Notes: a model not told the origin generated them from the sequence alone. DNA of 64,000 nucleotides from Sphingomonadales bacterium (GCA_046756385.1 JBHHWG010000002.1:2275-66274); one strand, 5' to 3'; counted from the first letter of the stretch, positions 26,739-36,896 are shown. Made by a program: numbers and translations.

Positions 26739-27914
26739 ATGTTCATCAACTTCTTTTTCGAACTGAGGAATGCCCGGCTACCGGTGACGCTGCGCGAATA
26801 TCTGGCGCTGCTGGAGGGTCTTTCCAAGGGCGTGGCGAGTTATCGGGTTACGGATTTCTATTATCTGGCGCGCACGGCGCTGGTCAAGGACGAGAGCAAT
26901 CTCGACAAGTTCGACCGGGTGTTCGGTCACTGCTTCAAGGGGCTCGAATTCATCGCCGGGGAAGAGGAGCGCGAAATTCCCGAGGAATGGCTTCGCGCCC
27001 TGGCCGAAAAGTTCCTGACCGAGGAGGAAATGGCCCGGCTTGAGGCCATGGACTTCGACAAGCTGATGGAGACCCTCAAGCAACGCCTTGACGAGCAGAA
27101 GGAGCGCCACGAGGGCGGGTCGAAGTGGATCGGCACCGGCGGCACTTCGCCATTCGGCGCTTACGGATATAACCCGGCGGGCATCCGCATCGGCCAGAAC
27201 AAGGGCCGGCACGGTCGCGCGGTCAAGGTGTGGGACAAGCGCGAATACCGGAATCTCGATTCCACGGTTGAGCTGGGGACCCGCAATATCAAGGTCGCCC
27301 TTCGCCGCCTGCGCCGCTTTGCCCGGGAAGGCGTGGCCACCGAGCTTGATTTGCCCGACACCATCCGCTCAACCGCCCATAATGGCGGCTATCTGGACCT
27401 CAAGATGGTGCCGGAGCGCCATAACAAGGTCAAAGTGCTACTGTTTCTCGACGCCGGCGGCTCCATGGACTCCCACGTCAAGCTGTGTGAAGAGCTGTTC
27501 TCCGCCGCCCACACGGAATTCAAGCATCTGGAATATTTTTACTTCCATAATTGCCTTTATGAAGGGGTATGGAAGGACAATATCCGCCGCCACGCCGACA
27601 AAACCCCGACCTATGACGTTCTGCACACCTACCCTCACGACTATAAAGTGGTGTTCGTCGGCGACGCCTCGATGAGCCCCTACGAGATCGTCCACCCCGG
27701 CGGCAGCGTCGAACACTGGAACGAGGAGGCCGGCGAGGTCTGGATGCGCCGCCTGCTCGACGTTTACGACAAGGCCGTGTGGCTGAACCCGGTGCCCGGG
27801 CAATATTGGGACTACACGCCCTCGATCGGGATGATCAAACAGCTCATGGGCGACCGCATGTTCCCGATGACGATCGAGGGCCTGGACGGCGCGATGCGGG
27901 CGCTGAGCCGGTAA
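26739..27914 (+). CDS. VWA-domain (CoxE-like) partner of the MoxR ATPase
   Basis: KWIGTGGTSPFG; D.GGSM MIDAS-like motif; YFHNC.Y; GDASMSPYE; WLNP. Confidence 0.9.
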   Translation: MFINFFFELRNARLPVTLREYLALLEGLSKGVASYRVTDFYYLARTALVKDESNLDKFDRVFGHCFKGLEFIAGEEEREIPEEWLRALAEKFLTEEEMARLEAMDFDKLMETLKQRLDEQKERHEGGSKWIGTGGTSPFGAYGYNPAGIRIGQNKGRHGRAVKVWDKREYRNLDSTVELGTRNIKVALRRLRRFAREGVATELDLPDTIRSTAHNGGYLDLKMVPERHNKVKVLLFLDAGGSMDSHVKLCEELFSAAHTEFKHLEYFYFHNCLYEGVWKDNIRRHADKTPTYDVLHTYPHDYKVVFVGDASMSPYEIVHPGGSVEHWNEEAGEVWMRRLLDVYDKAVWLNPVPGQYWDYTPSIGMIKQLMGDRMFPMTIEGLDGAMRALSR

Positions 27915-28123
27915 CCGTCGCACCCTGTCGCGTGCCGCTTAGAGCACTGAATCCCAGTCAATCGGCAACCCACGTCAGACCTTAATCATCCCGCTGGGGT
28001 TGTATACTTTTTTCCGGCATCTCTTGCGTTACGCCTTTTACTGGCATTGTCAGTAACTCCGTCATTGCTCATTTCCGATTATATGCATTATTCGATGACC
28101 CTTCATATGTATTTCAGGGTAAC

Positions 28124-28202
28124 CGTTTTACATATTGTAAGATGATTTTTCGTTATTTTTCCGTTATTTTTCAATGCATTGCTGCGTTTTACATGAAGTA
28201 AG
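28124..28202. promoter_or_regulatory. Pair of 18-bp operator-like repeats separated by phased T-tracts
   Basis: CGTTTTACATattGTAAG (28124-28141) and CGTTTTACATgaaGTAAG (28185-28202), each with a TTAC-N5-GTAA dyad; T5 tracts at 28146, 28156 and 28167. Confidence 0.6.
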
Positions 28203-28467
28203 GTTGCATTAAAAATAGCTATATTTACTCATTGCAGCAATCCACATCCTTTGGTAGAGTTTACACTCTTAAAACGCGAGTATGTGGGGGCATCTAATGC
28301 GAGCAGTTTTGGAAACACAGGGAGAAGCGCCAGAAGCTGACTGGCGACCGCAAGCCCTTTTCTCATTGCACGCACCATCGGCCTTGCCCGGCCTCGCGCA
28401 AGCCTTTCCGAGCCTGATTTCGCCACGAAACTGGACCGACCGTTCGGAACGGCGAACGAAACCCCAA

Positions 28468-28505
28468 CCAGGGACACCAAACAACAATAACAATCGTGTC
28501 CCTGG
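28468..28505 (+). promoter_or_regulatory. Leader hairpin with (AAN)n loop
   Basis: Perfect 10-bp stem CCAGGGACAC/GTGTCCCTGG enclosing CAAACAACAATAACAATC. Confidence 0.5.
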
Positions 28506-28604
28506 CCCCTCAACATCAGCAACAGCAGAGAAGGAACTGAATGGAGAAATGAAAAACAGAAGCAGACTAGGAGAAACCAGGTTTATATTCCATGGAGAAT
28601 CTAA

Positions 28605-30203
28605 ATGCATAAAGTAGTAACACCAACATTGCTTGGTTTGCTGACCATCGGCCTGGCTGCACCGGCCGCGTTGGCGCAGCATCCTAATCCGGAGCCCCGT
28701 CCCGGGTTTTCGACACAAACGACCGTGACGAACCCGGACGGCAGCAAAACAACGACCGTGATCAGCCCGGAGAGCTTGCGCGCCGTGGGAGACAATGAAC
28801 TCCCCTATGTCGAAAGCAACATTTTCGACAAGAACGGCAACGAGATGGTCAACACCCTTCCCAGCACGCCGACGGTCGACTGGAACCTTCATGACGGCCC
28901 GGTCATCGAGACCGCGATCTCGGAACAATCCCCGGCCGACGATCTGTCGGACGTGCTGAATGGCGTCCTGACCGCCGCTCAGGGCGGCACGGTCGATCAG
29001 GCCCTGATTCAGTTCGGCCTCGACGTTCTGGAAGGCAACCCGATCGCACGGACCTATTCCGGCATGCCCATGCTTCATTACAACGGCCCGGAGAAGGTCA
29101 GGAAAGTCACCCCGATCTTCGACGGCCTGGGCAACAAGATCGGCGGCAACGTCGATGTGCACCAGGTATGGTGGGACGGACGGATCGAGTCCGACGTCGC
29201 CTTCATCGACCCGACCGACGTGCAGGACGTCGAGTGGACGATCACCTATACCATCGATGTCCTTAAAGGCGGTCAGGACGACTTCTCGCCCTGGACCATG
29301 TATTTCGACGACCTGCCGGATCCGGTGGGCGCGCCGAACGCCTTTGTCGATAGCGGCACCCATGGCCCGCCCCATATCGCGTTTGACGCCACCTTCTTCC
29401 CGATGAAGCAGGGACAGCAGAGCATCTTCAAGATCAAGCACGCCCCGGGCAAATACTTCAACCTGGTCTACAGCTGGGGCTGGCGGATCCATCCGCCGCG
29501 CGTTCAGGTGATGGAGAACTCGCTGAAAATGGCCGGTCCCGGCTGTGGCGGCGGCACCGCTCCGTGCAAGCGCCTCCCGCAGTGGGAAATCGACGTCTTC
29601 GGCGCCGACCCGCGGGCCAACAAGGCGGCGGCCATCGCCCAGATTGGCGAACTCGCCCCGGCGAAGCGGATGTGGCAGGCCCTGATCGACGCCCAGACCG
29701 CGACCGCAGCCGAAGTCGTCACCCTGATGAACGACGCTCTGTTGTCCTTCACGGACTGGCAGGACCGCCGCAATCTGCCGCGGGATGTCGTGGGTGACCC
29801 GACCGCCGACGTCAACCTGGTGTTCCTGAATAACACCATCTACGGCGACGCCAAAGACTTCCTGGGCTGGACTGGCCGCGGTTCGGTGTTCAAGACCACC
29901 GTGCAAAACGGTGACCATTTCCTTCACGGCTATGTCAATGTCGACTTCGGTGGCTCGCGTGGCTGGGAACCGCAATTCCAGTTCACCGGCGGCCCGACCC
30001 AATCGCACACTTTCGGTCGTGCGCACTGGTGGGTCACCGCCGGCGGCCCGAATGGCCCGATTGGCGTCCCGCCGATCGCCGCGGACGGCACATTGGGTCG
30101 TCATGACGTGGAGATCACGCTCAACTTCGACGCGCCAGAGGCTCTGGCTCTTTATCAGTTCGATCCCCTGCACCATGATGTAGCGGTCTACTCGCTGCAC
30201 TAG
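28605..30203 (+). CDS. Secreted hypothetical protein, 532 aa (family not recognised)
   Basis: Strong GC3 codon bias; GGAGA SD; Sec-type signal peptide (...LAAPAALA|Q); followed by a terminator. Confidence 0.85.
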   Translation: MHKVVTPTLLGLLTIGLAAPAALAQHPNPEPRPGFSTQTTVTNPDGSKTTTVISPESLRAVGDNELPYVESNIFDKNGNEMVNTLPSTPTVDWNLHDGPVIETAISEQSPADDLSDVLNGVLTAAQGGTVDQALIQFGLDVLEGNPIARTYSGMPMLHYNGPEKVRKVTPIFDGLGNKIGGNVDVHQVWWDGRIESDVAFIDPTDVQDVEWTITYTIDVLKGGQDDFSPWTMYFDDLPDPVGAPNAFVDSGTHGPPHIAFDATFFPMKQGQQSIFKIKHAPGKYFNLVYSWGWRIHPPRVQVMENSLKMAGPGCGGGTAPCKRLPQWEIDVFGADPRANKAAAIAQIGELAPAKRMWQALIDAQTATAAEVVTLMNDALLSFTDWQDRRNLPRDVVGDPTADVNLVFLNNTIYGDAKDFLGWTGRGSVFKTTVQNGDHFLHGYVNVDFGGSRGWEPQFQFTGGPTQSHTFGRAHWWVTAGGPNGPIGVPPIAADGTLGRHDVEITLNFDAPEALALYQFDPLHHDVAVYSLH

Positions 30204-30246
30204 TCGAGCGTTCGCTAAAGTTGAGGCGTATTTTCTCAACTGCTAC

Positions 30247-30286
30247 GGCCCGGGGTCCCTGGTTGTTTTCAGGGGCCCCGGGTTTC
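30247..30286. terminator. Hairpin terminator between convergent genes
   Basis: ggcccggggtccctg...caggggccccgggtt stem followed by T-rich tail. Confidence 0.65.
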
Positions 30287-30291
30287 TTACC

Positions 30292-30990
30292 TCAGAAAGT
30301 GGCGTCCACCAGAACCAGCACCGGGTCCGCCATATCCTTATCCGGCAGCAACCTGCCGAGGCTCGCCTTGGCGAACTCCGCCAATATCGGCCCCATGCGG
30401 TTGGCGCGATCGTCCTTCGAGAACGGGAAATCAGAGCCGCGATAGTTGGGATTGCTGGTGAAATTGGGGCTCAGTTGGGCGGAAACCTTGTGGGTCTCGA
30501 TCACCGCCCCGCTGGCCGGGTCCAGCCGCTCAACGGTTCCCATCGCATAAGTATTTCCCCCGGCGAGCACCGAAAGCGCGTGATTGGCCACATGCAGGCG
30601 CTCCAGCGTGACCCGAATGCGATCGCTGTACCCGGCCGGCGCCGCCCGGCCCAGATTTTCCCGCAACATGGCGGCGAGCAGGTTTTTCACGCCATAGGCC
30701 TCGACATCTTCAACCAGGGATTCATTGGCCCATTTGACGTTGGTGAAGCGGCTTGCCGTAAACCGCCGGGCGGTTCGCGTCGGCAAGCCGTGACTGTCGC
30801 GATATTGCCGGAACCGCTGTTCCTGCGCCCGCTCGACCCGGTCGATTCTGGGCAGCAGCTTTTGCAGTGAGCTTGAGAACACCACCTCAACGGCGAAATC
30901 TCCATTGTCGCCCGCCGCCGAATGAGCGGGCACCGGCGCGGCAAGGGCGATAACGGCCCCGCAAAGAAAGCTTAAAACCGCTTTGTTCAT
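30292..30990 (-). CDS. Exported hypothetical protein
   Basis: Start moved to MNKAVLSFLCGAVIALAAPVPAHS (signal peptide, AGGGG SD); about 232 aa. Confidence 0.7.
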   Translation of the reverse strand: MNKAVLSFLCGAVIALAAPVPAHSAAGDNGDFAVEVVFSSSLQKLLPRIDRVERAQEQRFRQYRDSHGLPTRTARRFTASRFTNVKWANESLVEDVEAYGVKNLLAAMLRENLGRAAPAGYSDRIRVTLERLHVANHALSVLAGGNTYAMGTVERLDPASGAVIETHKVSAQLSPNFTSNPNYRGSDFPFSKDDRANRMGPILAEFAKASLGRLLPDKDMADPVLVLVDATF

Positions 30991-31378
30991 GGCAATACCC
31001 CTTCGATTTTTGTGATTTGAGGAGATGCCAACTGTCCAAACTTCCCGGACGGGAACACAGTCGGCACCCTCATACCTTGCGCCGCTTCGCCAGCCCGCGC
31101 AAATCAATTCCGCACAACGGTTTGTGAAAAAGCAACGACGACAGCGTCCGGCGCTTGCCCCGCGCGCTGCCGTCAATCCCCCCATCAAGCAGGGGAATTC
31201 AGGGAACATACCCTTACTGCTCCCTGCCACCGAATTTTGGAATTTCTAAGCATCTCGAAATATTCACTATGCGATTCCCCTAATTTGAGAGGGCTTTTTG
31301 AGTGGACTCTCGCAGCCATCAGCATTAGCCTCTCGCGCCTACGTTGAAGCAACATCAATTTCTAATCGGGAGGAAACG

Positions 31379-31777
31379 ATGAAAACCACAATTATGAGAA
31401 TTACGGTTGTATCAGTATTGGGGGTTAGCTTAGGGGCCTGCTCTGTGGCAATGGCATCGAAAAAGAAAGGCGTCGACGTTCAGGATATCATGGATTGCCA
31501 GAACGAATCTTGCCTACTTTCCTTGAAGGACACAGAAGAGTTGAAGACCCAAGAGAGCGAAGAGGGCAAGATTGTCACCTATCGCTCTCTCCAAAAACAG
31601 GGCTCTACAGGACGCGCTGTGATGCATGGCCTCTTGGATGTCGCGACGCTGGGCATCTGGGAGATTGCCGGCACGCCAATTGAGGCCTCAAAGAATAATG
31701 ATAAGTTCTACGTATACAGCGTGACTTACGATCAAGAAGGCAACGTAGTCAAAGCCAGCATCGACGGCGCAAACTAG
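31379..31777 (+). CDS. Hypothetical lipoprotein
   Basis: GGAGG SD before ATG 31379; lipobox SLGAC; GRAVMHGLLDVATLGIWEIAGTPIE core; visibly lower GC than flanking genes. Confidence 0.75.
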   Translation: MKTTIMRITVVSVLGVSLGACSVAMASKKKGVDVQDIMDCQNESCLLSLKDTEELKTQESEEGKIVTYRSLQKQGSTGRAVMHGLLDVATLGIWEIAGTPIEASKNNDKFYVYSVTYDQEGNVVKASIDGAN

Positions 31778-31898
31778 GCGGGGCTCTCTTTCAGTACAAT
31801 TTAGGGGACATGGCGTAATTGGGGCATGGTCAATCTCCACTGATTAATCGCGATGTCGGTTTGCATCGCCTCAGGGGGAGCGACCACGCTCTGACTGA

Positions 31899-34262
31899 TT
31901 ACAACTCGACCCTTCTCAGCCGGAGCGCGTTTCCGATTACCGAGACTGAGCTCAGGCTCATGGCCATGCTGGCGATGATGGGGCTCAGGAGCAGGCCGAA
32001 CACCGGGTAGAGCGCCCCGGCGGCGATGGGGACGCCGACCGAGTTATAGACAAAGGCCAGGAACAGGTTCTGGCGGATGTTCGTCATCGCGGCGCGGCTA
32101 AGGCGTCTGGCGCGTACGATGCCTTCGAGATTGCCCTTTAACAGCGTCACGTCAGCGGCTTCCATGGCGATGTCGGCGCCCGTGCCCATGGCGATTCCGA
32201 CATCCGCCTGGGCCAGGGCCGGGGCGTCGTTGACCCCGTCCCCGGCCATCGCCACCCGTCGCCCGCTTTCGCGCAGCTTTTTCACCACCTCGCCCTTGCG
32301 CCCGGGCAGCACACCGGCCTCGACCTCGGTGATGCCGAGCTTGTCCGCCACCGCCTGCGCGGTCGCCGGGGCGTCGCCGGTCAACATGACGATTCTGATG
32401 CCCTCGCGACGCAAAGCCTCCAGCGCGCCTGTAGCGGCGGGTTTGATCGGATCCGACACCGCAATCAGCCCGGCCGGGGCGCCATCCACCGATATGTGAA
32501 CCACCGTCGCGCCACCGCGCCGCCGTCCCTCGGCCTCGGCCGCCAGCGATCCCAGCTCGCATCCCCGATCAGCGAAATATCCGCCATTGCCGAGCTCGAC
32601 ATGATGACCGTCGACACGGCCGGAAATTCCCTTGCCGGTCTCGGACATGAAGTCGCTCACCTCCGTCAGTTCCAGCCCCCGCTCAAGGGCCCCGGCGACA
32701 ATCGCCTCGGCCAGCGGATGCCCGGAAGCGCGCTCAACGCTGGCCGCAAGGCGCAACAGCCGGTCCTGGTCCCAGCCATCGTCGCATATCACCGCGCTGA
32801 GTTGAGGCCGGCCCTCGGTCAGGGTTCCGGTCTTGTCGACCACCAGAACGTCGGCTTTCTCCATATGTTCCAGCGCCTCGGCATTGCGGATCAATACCCC
32901 CGCCTGTGCCCCGCGACCGGTGCCGACCATGATCGACATCGGCGTCGCCAGCCCCAGCGCGCACGGGCAGGCGATAATCAGAACCGCCACCGCATTGACG
33001 ACCGCAAAGGCTAGCCGGGGCTCGGGACCGAACAGGCCCCAAACAATCGCCGCGACGATCGCGGAGGCGATGACAGCCGGCACGAAATAGCCCGCGACCC
33101 GATCGGCCAACCCCTGAATCGGGGCCCGGCTTCTTTGCGCCTCCCCGACCAGTCGCACGATCTGCGACAACATGGTGTCGCGGCCAACCCGCTCGGCCCG
33201 CATCACGAAACCGCCGGTCTGGTTCACCGTGCCGCCGGTGACCCCCGCCCCCTCGCCTTTCTCGACCGCCACCGATTCGCCGGTAATCATCGACTCGTCA
33301 ACCGCGCTGTGGCCCGACACAATGACCCCGTCCACCGGAACATGATCCCCCGGCCGCACCCGCAAAAGGTCGCCGCGGATCACTTCGTCAAGCGGCACAT
33401 CGCGCTCGGCGCCATCGTCGCCGACGACCCGCGCGGTCCTGGGCGCCAGATCCAACAGGGCGCGGATCGCGCTACCGGTCTGCGCGCGGGCCTTGAGCTC
33501 CAACACCTGCCCCAGAAGCACCAGGGTCGTGATGACAGCCGCGGCCTCGAAATAAACATCGACCCGCCCTGACACCCGCATGGATGGCGGGAACAATCCC
33601 GGCGCCAGCGCCGCCACCGCGCTGTATAGATAAGCCACCCCCGTGCCCATGGCGATCAGCGTGAACATATTGAGATTGCCGGTCCGCACCGACGCCAGGG
33701 CGCGTTCGAAAAACGGCCGGCCGGCCCACAGCACCACCGGACTGGCGAGCGCGAATTGAATCCAAACCGAAAACTCGGGCGACACCAGATGATGGAGATC
33801 GAGCCCCGGAATATGACCGCCCATCGCCAATATCAGCACCGGGGCGGAAAAGGCCGCGCTCCACCAAAAGCGGCGCGAAAAATCGGCGAGTTCCGGGTTG
33901 TCCGCCTCCACCGCCGGATCGAACTCCTTGGGCTCCAGCGCCATGCCGCAGAATGGGCAGGTTCCGGGGCCCACTTGCTCGACCTCCAGATGCATCGGGC
34001 AGGTGTAAACGGCTCCGGCATCGGTTTCCGGGGACCCTGCCGGGTCCGGGCTCAGAAACCGATCCGGATCGCCCGCGAATTTGGCGCGGCACCGGCCCGA
34101 GCAGAAATAGTAGGTTTCTCCGCCATGGTCGAATTTGTGAATCGCCGTATCATGATCGACGGACATGCCGCAGACCGGGTCGATTTGGTGTCCGTCCCGC
34201 GCTAGCGTGGCGGCGTCAGTTTGGCGGCACGGCGGCTTTTGGGGCGGTGTTGGCTCGGTCAT
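31899..34262 (-). CDS. copA: Cu(I)-translocating P1B-type ATPase with N-terminal YHS and YTCPMH domains
   Basis: DPVCGM/YYFCS..C (YHS); YTCPMH..CP.CGM.LEP; TGES; [10 protein letters not shown]; DKTGT; HP; [10 protein letters not shown]; YN..G.P and MSLSS Cu ligands. Confidence 0.93.
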   Translation of the reverse strand: MTEPTPPQKPPCRQTDAATLARDGHQIDPVCGMSVDHDTAIHKFDHGGETYYFCSGRCRAKFAGDPDRFLSPDPAGSPETDAGAVYTCPMHLEVEQVGPGTCPFCGMALEPKEFDPAVEADNPELADFSRRFWWSAAFSAPVLILAMGGHIPGLDLHHLVSPEFSVWIQFALASPVVLWAGRPFFERALASVRTGNLNMFTLIAMGTGVAYLYSAVAALAPGLFPPSMRVSGRVDVYFEAAAVITTLVLLGQVLELKARAQTGSAIRALLDLAPRTARVVGDDGAERDVPLDEVIRGDLLRVRPGDHVPVDGVIVSGHSAVDESMITGESVAVEKGEGAGVTGGTVNQTGGFVMRAERVGRDTMLSQIVRLVGEAQRSRAPIQGLADRVAGYFVPAVIASAIVAAIVWGLFGPEPRLAFAVVNAVAVLIIACPCALGLATPMSIMVGTGRGAQAGVLIRNAEALEHMEKADVLVVDKTGTLTEGRPQLSAVICDDGWDQDRLLRLAASVERASGHPLAEAIVAGALERGLELTEVSDFMSETGKGISGRVDGHHVELGNGGYFADRGCELGSLAAEAEGRRRGGATVVHISVDGAPAGLIAVSDPIKPAATGALEALRREGIRIVMLTGDAPATAQAVADKLGITEVEAGVLPGRKGEVVKKLRESGRRVAMAGDGVNDAPALAQADVGIAMGTGADIAMEAADVTLLKGNLEGIVRARRLSRAAMTNIRQNLFLAFVYNSVGVPIAAGALYPVFGLLLSPIIASMAMSLSSVSVIGNALRLRRVEL

Positions 34263-34371
34263 TCTGGAATCCCTGGACGATTGGTTGACGCACTTTCATG
34301 CGCGCTATTTTTCTTATAAAAACTAACTTCGATCCTCAACAAATACCAGCTTTGACAGACGGAGGTTCAAG

Positions 34372-34848
34372 GTGCCGCGACTATCACATCTCGATGACAA
34401 GGGCCGCGCCCGGATGGTCGACGTCTCGGACAAGGACGTGACCAGGCGCGTCGCCACTGCGGTCGGCTCGGTGAGAATGGCGCCCAAGACGCTGGCCCTG
34501 ATTCTGGAAGGAAAGGTGGCCAAGGGCGACGTGCTCACGACTGCCCGGCTGGCCGGCGTCATGGCCGCCAAACGGACCGCCGATCTCATTCCGCTGTGCC
34601 ATCCACTAAGCCCTGACGGCATATTCGTCGAGCTTAAAGGCGACCCCGAACGTTCGGCCGTTGATATCGAAGCGACCGTCAAACTCTCCGGCCGCACCGG
34701 GGTCGAGATGGAAGCGCTTACCGCGGTCAGCGTCGCGGCGCTCACGGTTTACGACATGTGCAAGGCGGCCGATAAGTCCATGGTAATCGGCGGCATTCAT
34801 GTGATATTCAAATCGGGCGGACGCTCGGGCACTTTTCGCGCCGAATGA
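34372..34848 (+). CDS. moaC: Cyclic pyranopterin monophosphate synthase MoaC
   Basis: [15 protein letters not shown]; LIPLCHP; TGVEMEALT; YDMCKA.D; KSGG.SG. Confidence 0.97.
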   Translation: MPRLSHLDDKGRARMVDVSDKDVTRRVATAVGSVRMAPKTLALILEGKVAKGDVLTTARLAGVMAAKRTADLIPLCHPLSPDGIFVELKGDPERSAVDIEATVKLSGRTGVEMEALTAVSVAALTVYDMCKAADKSMVIGGIHVIFKSGGRSGTFRAE

Positions 34849-34857
34849 GGAAATAAT

Positions 34858-36075
34858 ATGATCCCGGTTGAACAAGCGCTGGAGCGCATTTTGGCGAGCT
34901 TCACCCCCTTGCCCGCGGAAACCGTGGCTTTGAGCGCATCGGTGGGGCGCGGGTTGGCGGAAGACGTGGTCGCCCGACGATCTCAGCCGCCGAGCGCGGT
35001 CTCCGCCATGGACGGCTATGCGGTTCGCGCCTCGGACATTTCACAAACGCCGGTGACACTGACCTGCGTTGGCGAGGCGCCGGCTGGCGGGGCGTTCGAA
35101 GGCGTTGTCGCCCCCGGCCAGGCGGTTCGGATCTTTACCGGCGGCCCGGTTCCGGCCGGCTCCGATGCCGTGGTCATGCAGGAAGATGTCGACGCGGGCG
35201 ATTTCCCGGCAATCGTGATCCGCGAGCCCGCGACGCAAGGAAAGTTCATCCGGCCCGCCGGGCTCGATTTCACCGAAGGGACCGTGGGCGTTAAAGCCGG
35301 TCGCAAACTTGCGCCGAGCGACATCGGCCTGGCGGCCGCGATGAATGTTCCGTGGGTTCAGGTGCGGCGCAAACCGCGGGTGGCCCTGCTGGCCAATGGC
35401 GATGAACTGGTCCGCCCCGGCGAGCCGATCGAGCCCAATCAGATCGTCAGTTCCAATTCGCTGGCGCTTGCCGCGCTGGTGAAGGAAGCGGGGGGCGAGC
35501 CGATCGACCTGGGGATTTCGGCGGATAACGAACTGTCGCTAAAGGCGCTGGCACGCGGCGCGGCCGGCGCGGACATGCTGGTGACGATGGGGGGCGCGTC
35601 GGTGGGCGATCATGACCTGATCCGCTCGGTCCTGGGGCCCGAAGGGCTTGAGGTCGATTTCTGGCGGATCGCCATGCGCCCGGGCAAGCCGCTGATCTTC
35701 GGCCGCTTCGGCGCCACCCCGATGATCGGGGTTCCGGGAAATCCGGTTTCAGCCCTGGTGTGCGCGCTCGTCTTCATGGTCCCGGCGATACAGAAGATGT
35801 TGGGGCACGACACCGGACAGCGTGCTTATGGCGCCGCCCTGCTCGGCCGCGATCTCAGGGAAAACGATCGCCGGCAGGATTACATGCGCGCCAAACTCGC
35901 CCTCGATGATGCCGGCAATCTGGTCGCAACCCCGTTTGATGTTCAGGACAGCTCCGTGCTCTCCGGCTTGTCACAGGCCGATTGCCTGGTGGTTCGCCCC
36001 CCATTCGCGCCGGCGGCCGAGGCCGGATCGCCGGTGTCCATCCTCCCCCTGAAACTGCCCTGGCTGCCGCTTTAA
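34858..36075 (+). CDS. moeA: Molybdopterin molybdotransferase MoeA
   Basis: SAMDGYAV; RIFTG.PVP.G.DAVVMQE; GDEL; GGASVGDHD; MRPGKP; PGNPVS; QDSS. Confidence 0.96.
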   Translation: MIPVEQALERILASFTPLPAETVALSASVGRGLAEDVVARRSQPPSAVSAMDGYAVRASDISQTPVTLTCVGEAPAGGAFEGVVAPGQAVRIFTGGPVPAGSDAVVMQEDVDAGDFPAIVIREPATQGKFIRPAGLDFTEGTVGVKAGRKLAPSDIGLAAAMNVPWVQVRRKPRVALLANGDELVRPGEPIEPNQIVSSNSLALAALVKEAGGEPIDLGISADNELSLKALARGAAGADMLVTMGGASVGDHDLIRSVLGPEGLEVDFWRIAMRPGKPLIFGRFGATPMIGVPGNPVSALVCALVFMVPAIQKMLGHDTGQRAYGAALLGRDLRENDRRQDYMRAKLALDDAGNLVATPFDVQDSSVLSGLSQADCLVVRPPFAPAAEAGSPVSILPLKLPWLPL

Positions 36076-36123
36076 AACTGGTTCCAACAACCTCGCGTCG
36101 CAAATGCCCTTGACGACACGGGA

Positions 36124-36138
36124 GAACCAAAGTAGAAC
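36124..36138 (+). promoter_or_regulatory. Alphaproteobacterial SOS (LexA) box
   Basis: GAAC-N7-GAAC (GAACcaaagtaGAAC) upstream of lexA. Confidence 0.88.
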
Positions 36139-36182
36139 ATAGGAGCACTGGGACCGACAATCGAAACCATGGGATGGGCGCC

Positions 36183-36896
36183 ATGCTGACCAAAAAGCAG
36201 CACGAGTTGTTAACGTTCATTGCTGGCCATCTCGAACAAAAAGGGATATCTCCCTCGTTCGAGGAGATGAAGGACGCGCTCGATCTGCGGTCGAAATCGG
36301 GCGTTCATCGGTTGATCACCGCGCTGGAAGAGCGCGGATTCATTCGGCGTCTGAAGCATCGCGCCCGTGCGCTTGAGATCCTCAAGCTGCCGGACCGGCA
36401 GCCCCCCCGGTCAGGTGTCGGCTCCGGGCGCGAATTCGTGCCCAACGTGATCGAAACCGACTTCACGGCAAAACAGATCCCCGCGACGAATAAGCCGTAT
36501 CCCGAAACCGACGATTTCGCTGCAGTGCCTCTTTATGGCCGCATCGCGGCGGGCACGCCGATTGAAGCGTTGCAAAACAATCTGGCCTCGATTCCAGTGC
36601 CGGCCTCGATGATGGGCCGGGGCGAGCATTACGCGCTGGAAATAGCAGGTGATTCGATGATCGGCGCCGGCATTCTCGACGGTGATACCGCGATCATAGA
36701 GCGCTGCAACACCGCCGACAATGGAACCATCGTCGTGGCCCTCGTCGACAATGAAGAGGCCACCTTGAAACGCGTTCGCCGGAAGGGAAATTCGATCGCG
36801 CTTGAAGCCGCGAACGAAGCGTATGAGACCCGGATTTTCGGCCCCGACCGGGTCAAGATTCAGGGACGGCTGAAAGGCATCATTCGCAGCTATTAG
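36183..36896 (+). CDS. lexA: SOS repressor LexA
   Basis: MLTKKQ.ELL; [29 protein letters not shown]; GRIAAG cleavage site; GDSM; ATLK. Confidence 0.97.
   Translation: MLTKKQHELLTFIAGHLEQKGISPSFEEMKDALDLRSKSGVHRLITALEERGFIRRLKHRARALEILKLPDRQPPRSGVGSGREFVPNVIETDFTAKQIPATNKPYPETDDFAAVPLYGRIAAGTPIEALQNNLASIPVPASMMGRGEHYALEIAGDSMIGAGILDGDTAIIERCNTADNGTIVVALVDNEEATLKRVRRKGNSIALEAANEAYETRIFGPDRVKIQGRLKGIIRSY

Noticed and set aside
28282-28617. 111-aa ORF upstream of the secreted protein gene
   Set aside because: No clear SD, atypical composition (the NNNN run comes from the AAC-repeat loop); more plausibly an untranslated leader
28269-30239. 656-aa antisense ORF covering the 532-aa secreted protein gene
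   Set aside because: Shadow ORF from strong GC3 bias on the plus strand; the plus-strand ORF has the SD, signal peptide and terminator, and the antisense product has no motifs
34340-34371. Possible CueR/MerR-type promoter for copA (minus strand TTGAAC-N19-TATTTG)
   Set aside because: Spacer length fits, but the ACCTTCC-N7-GGAAGGT dyad is poorly matched and no cueR is nearby
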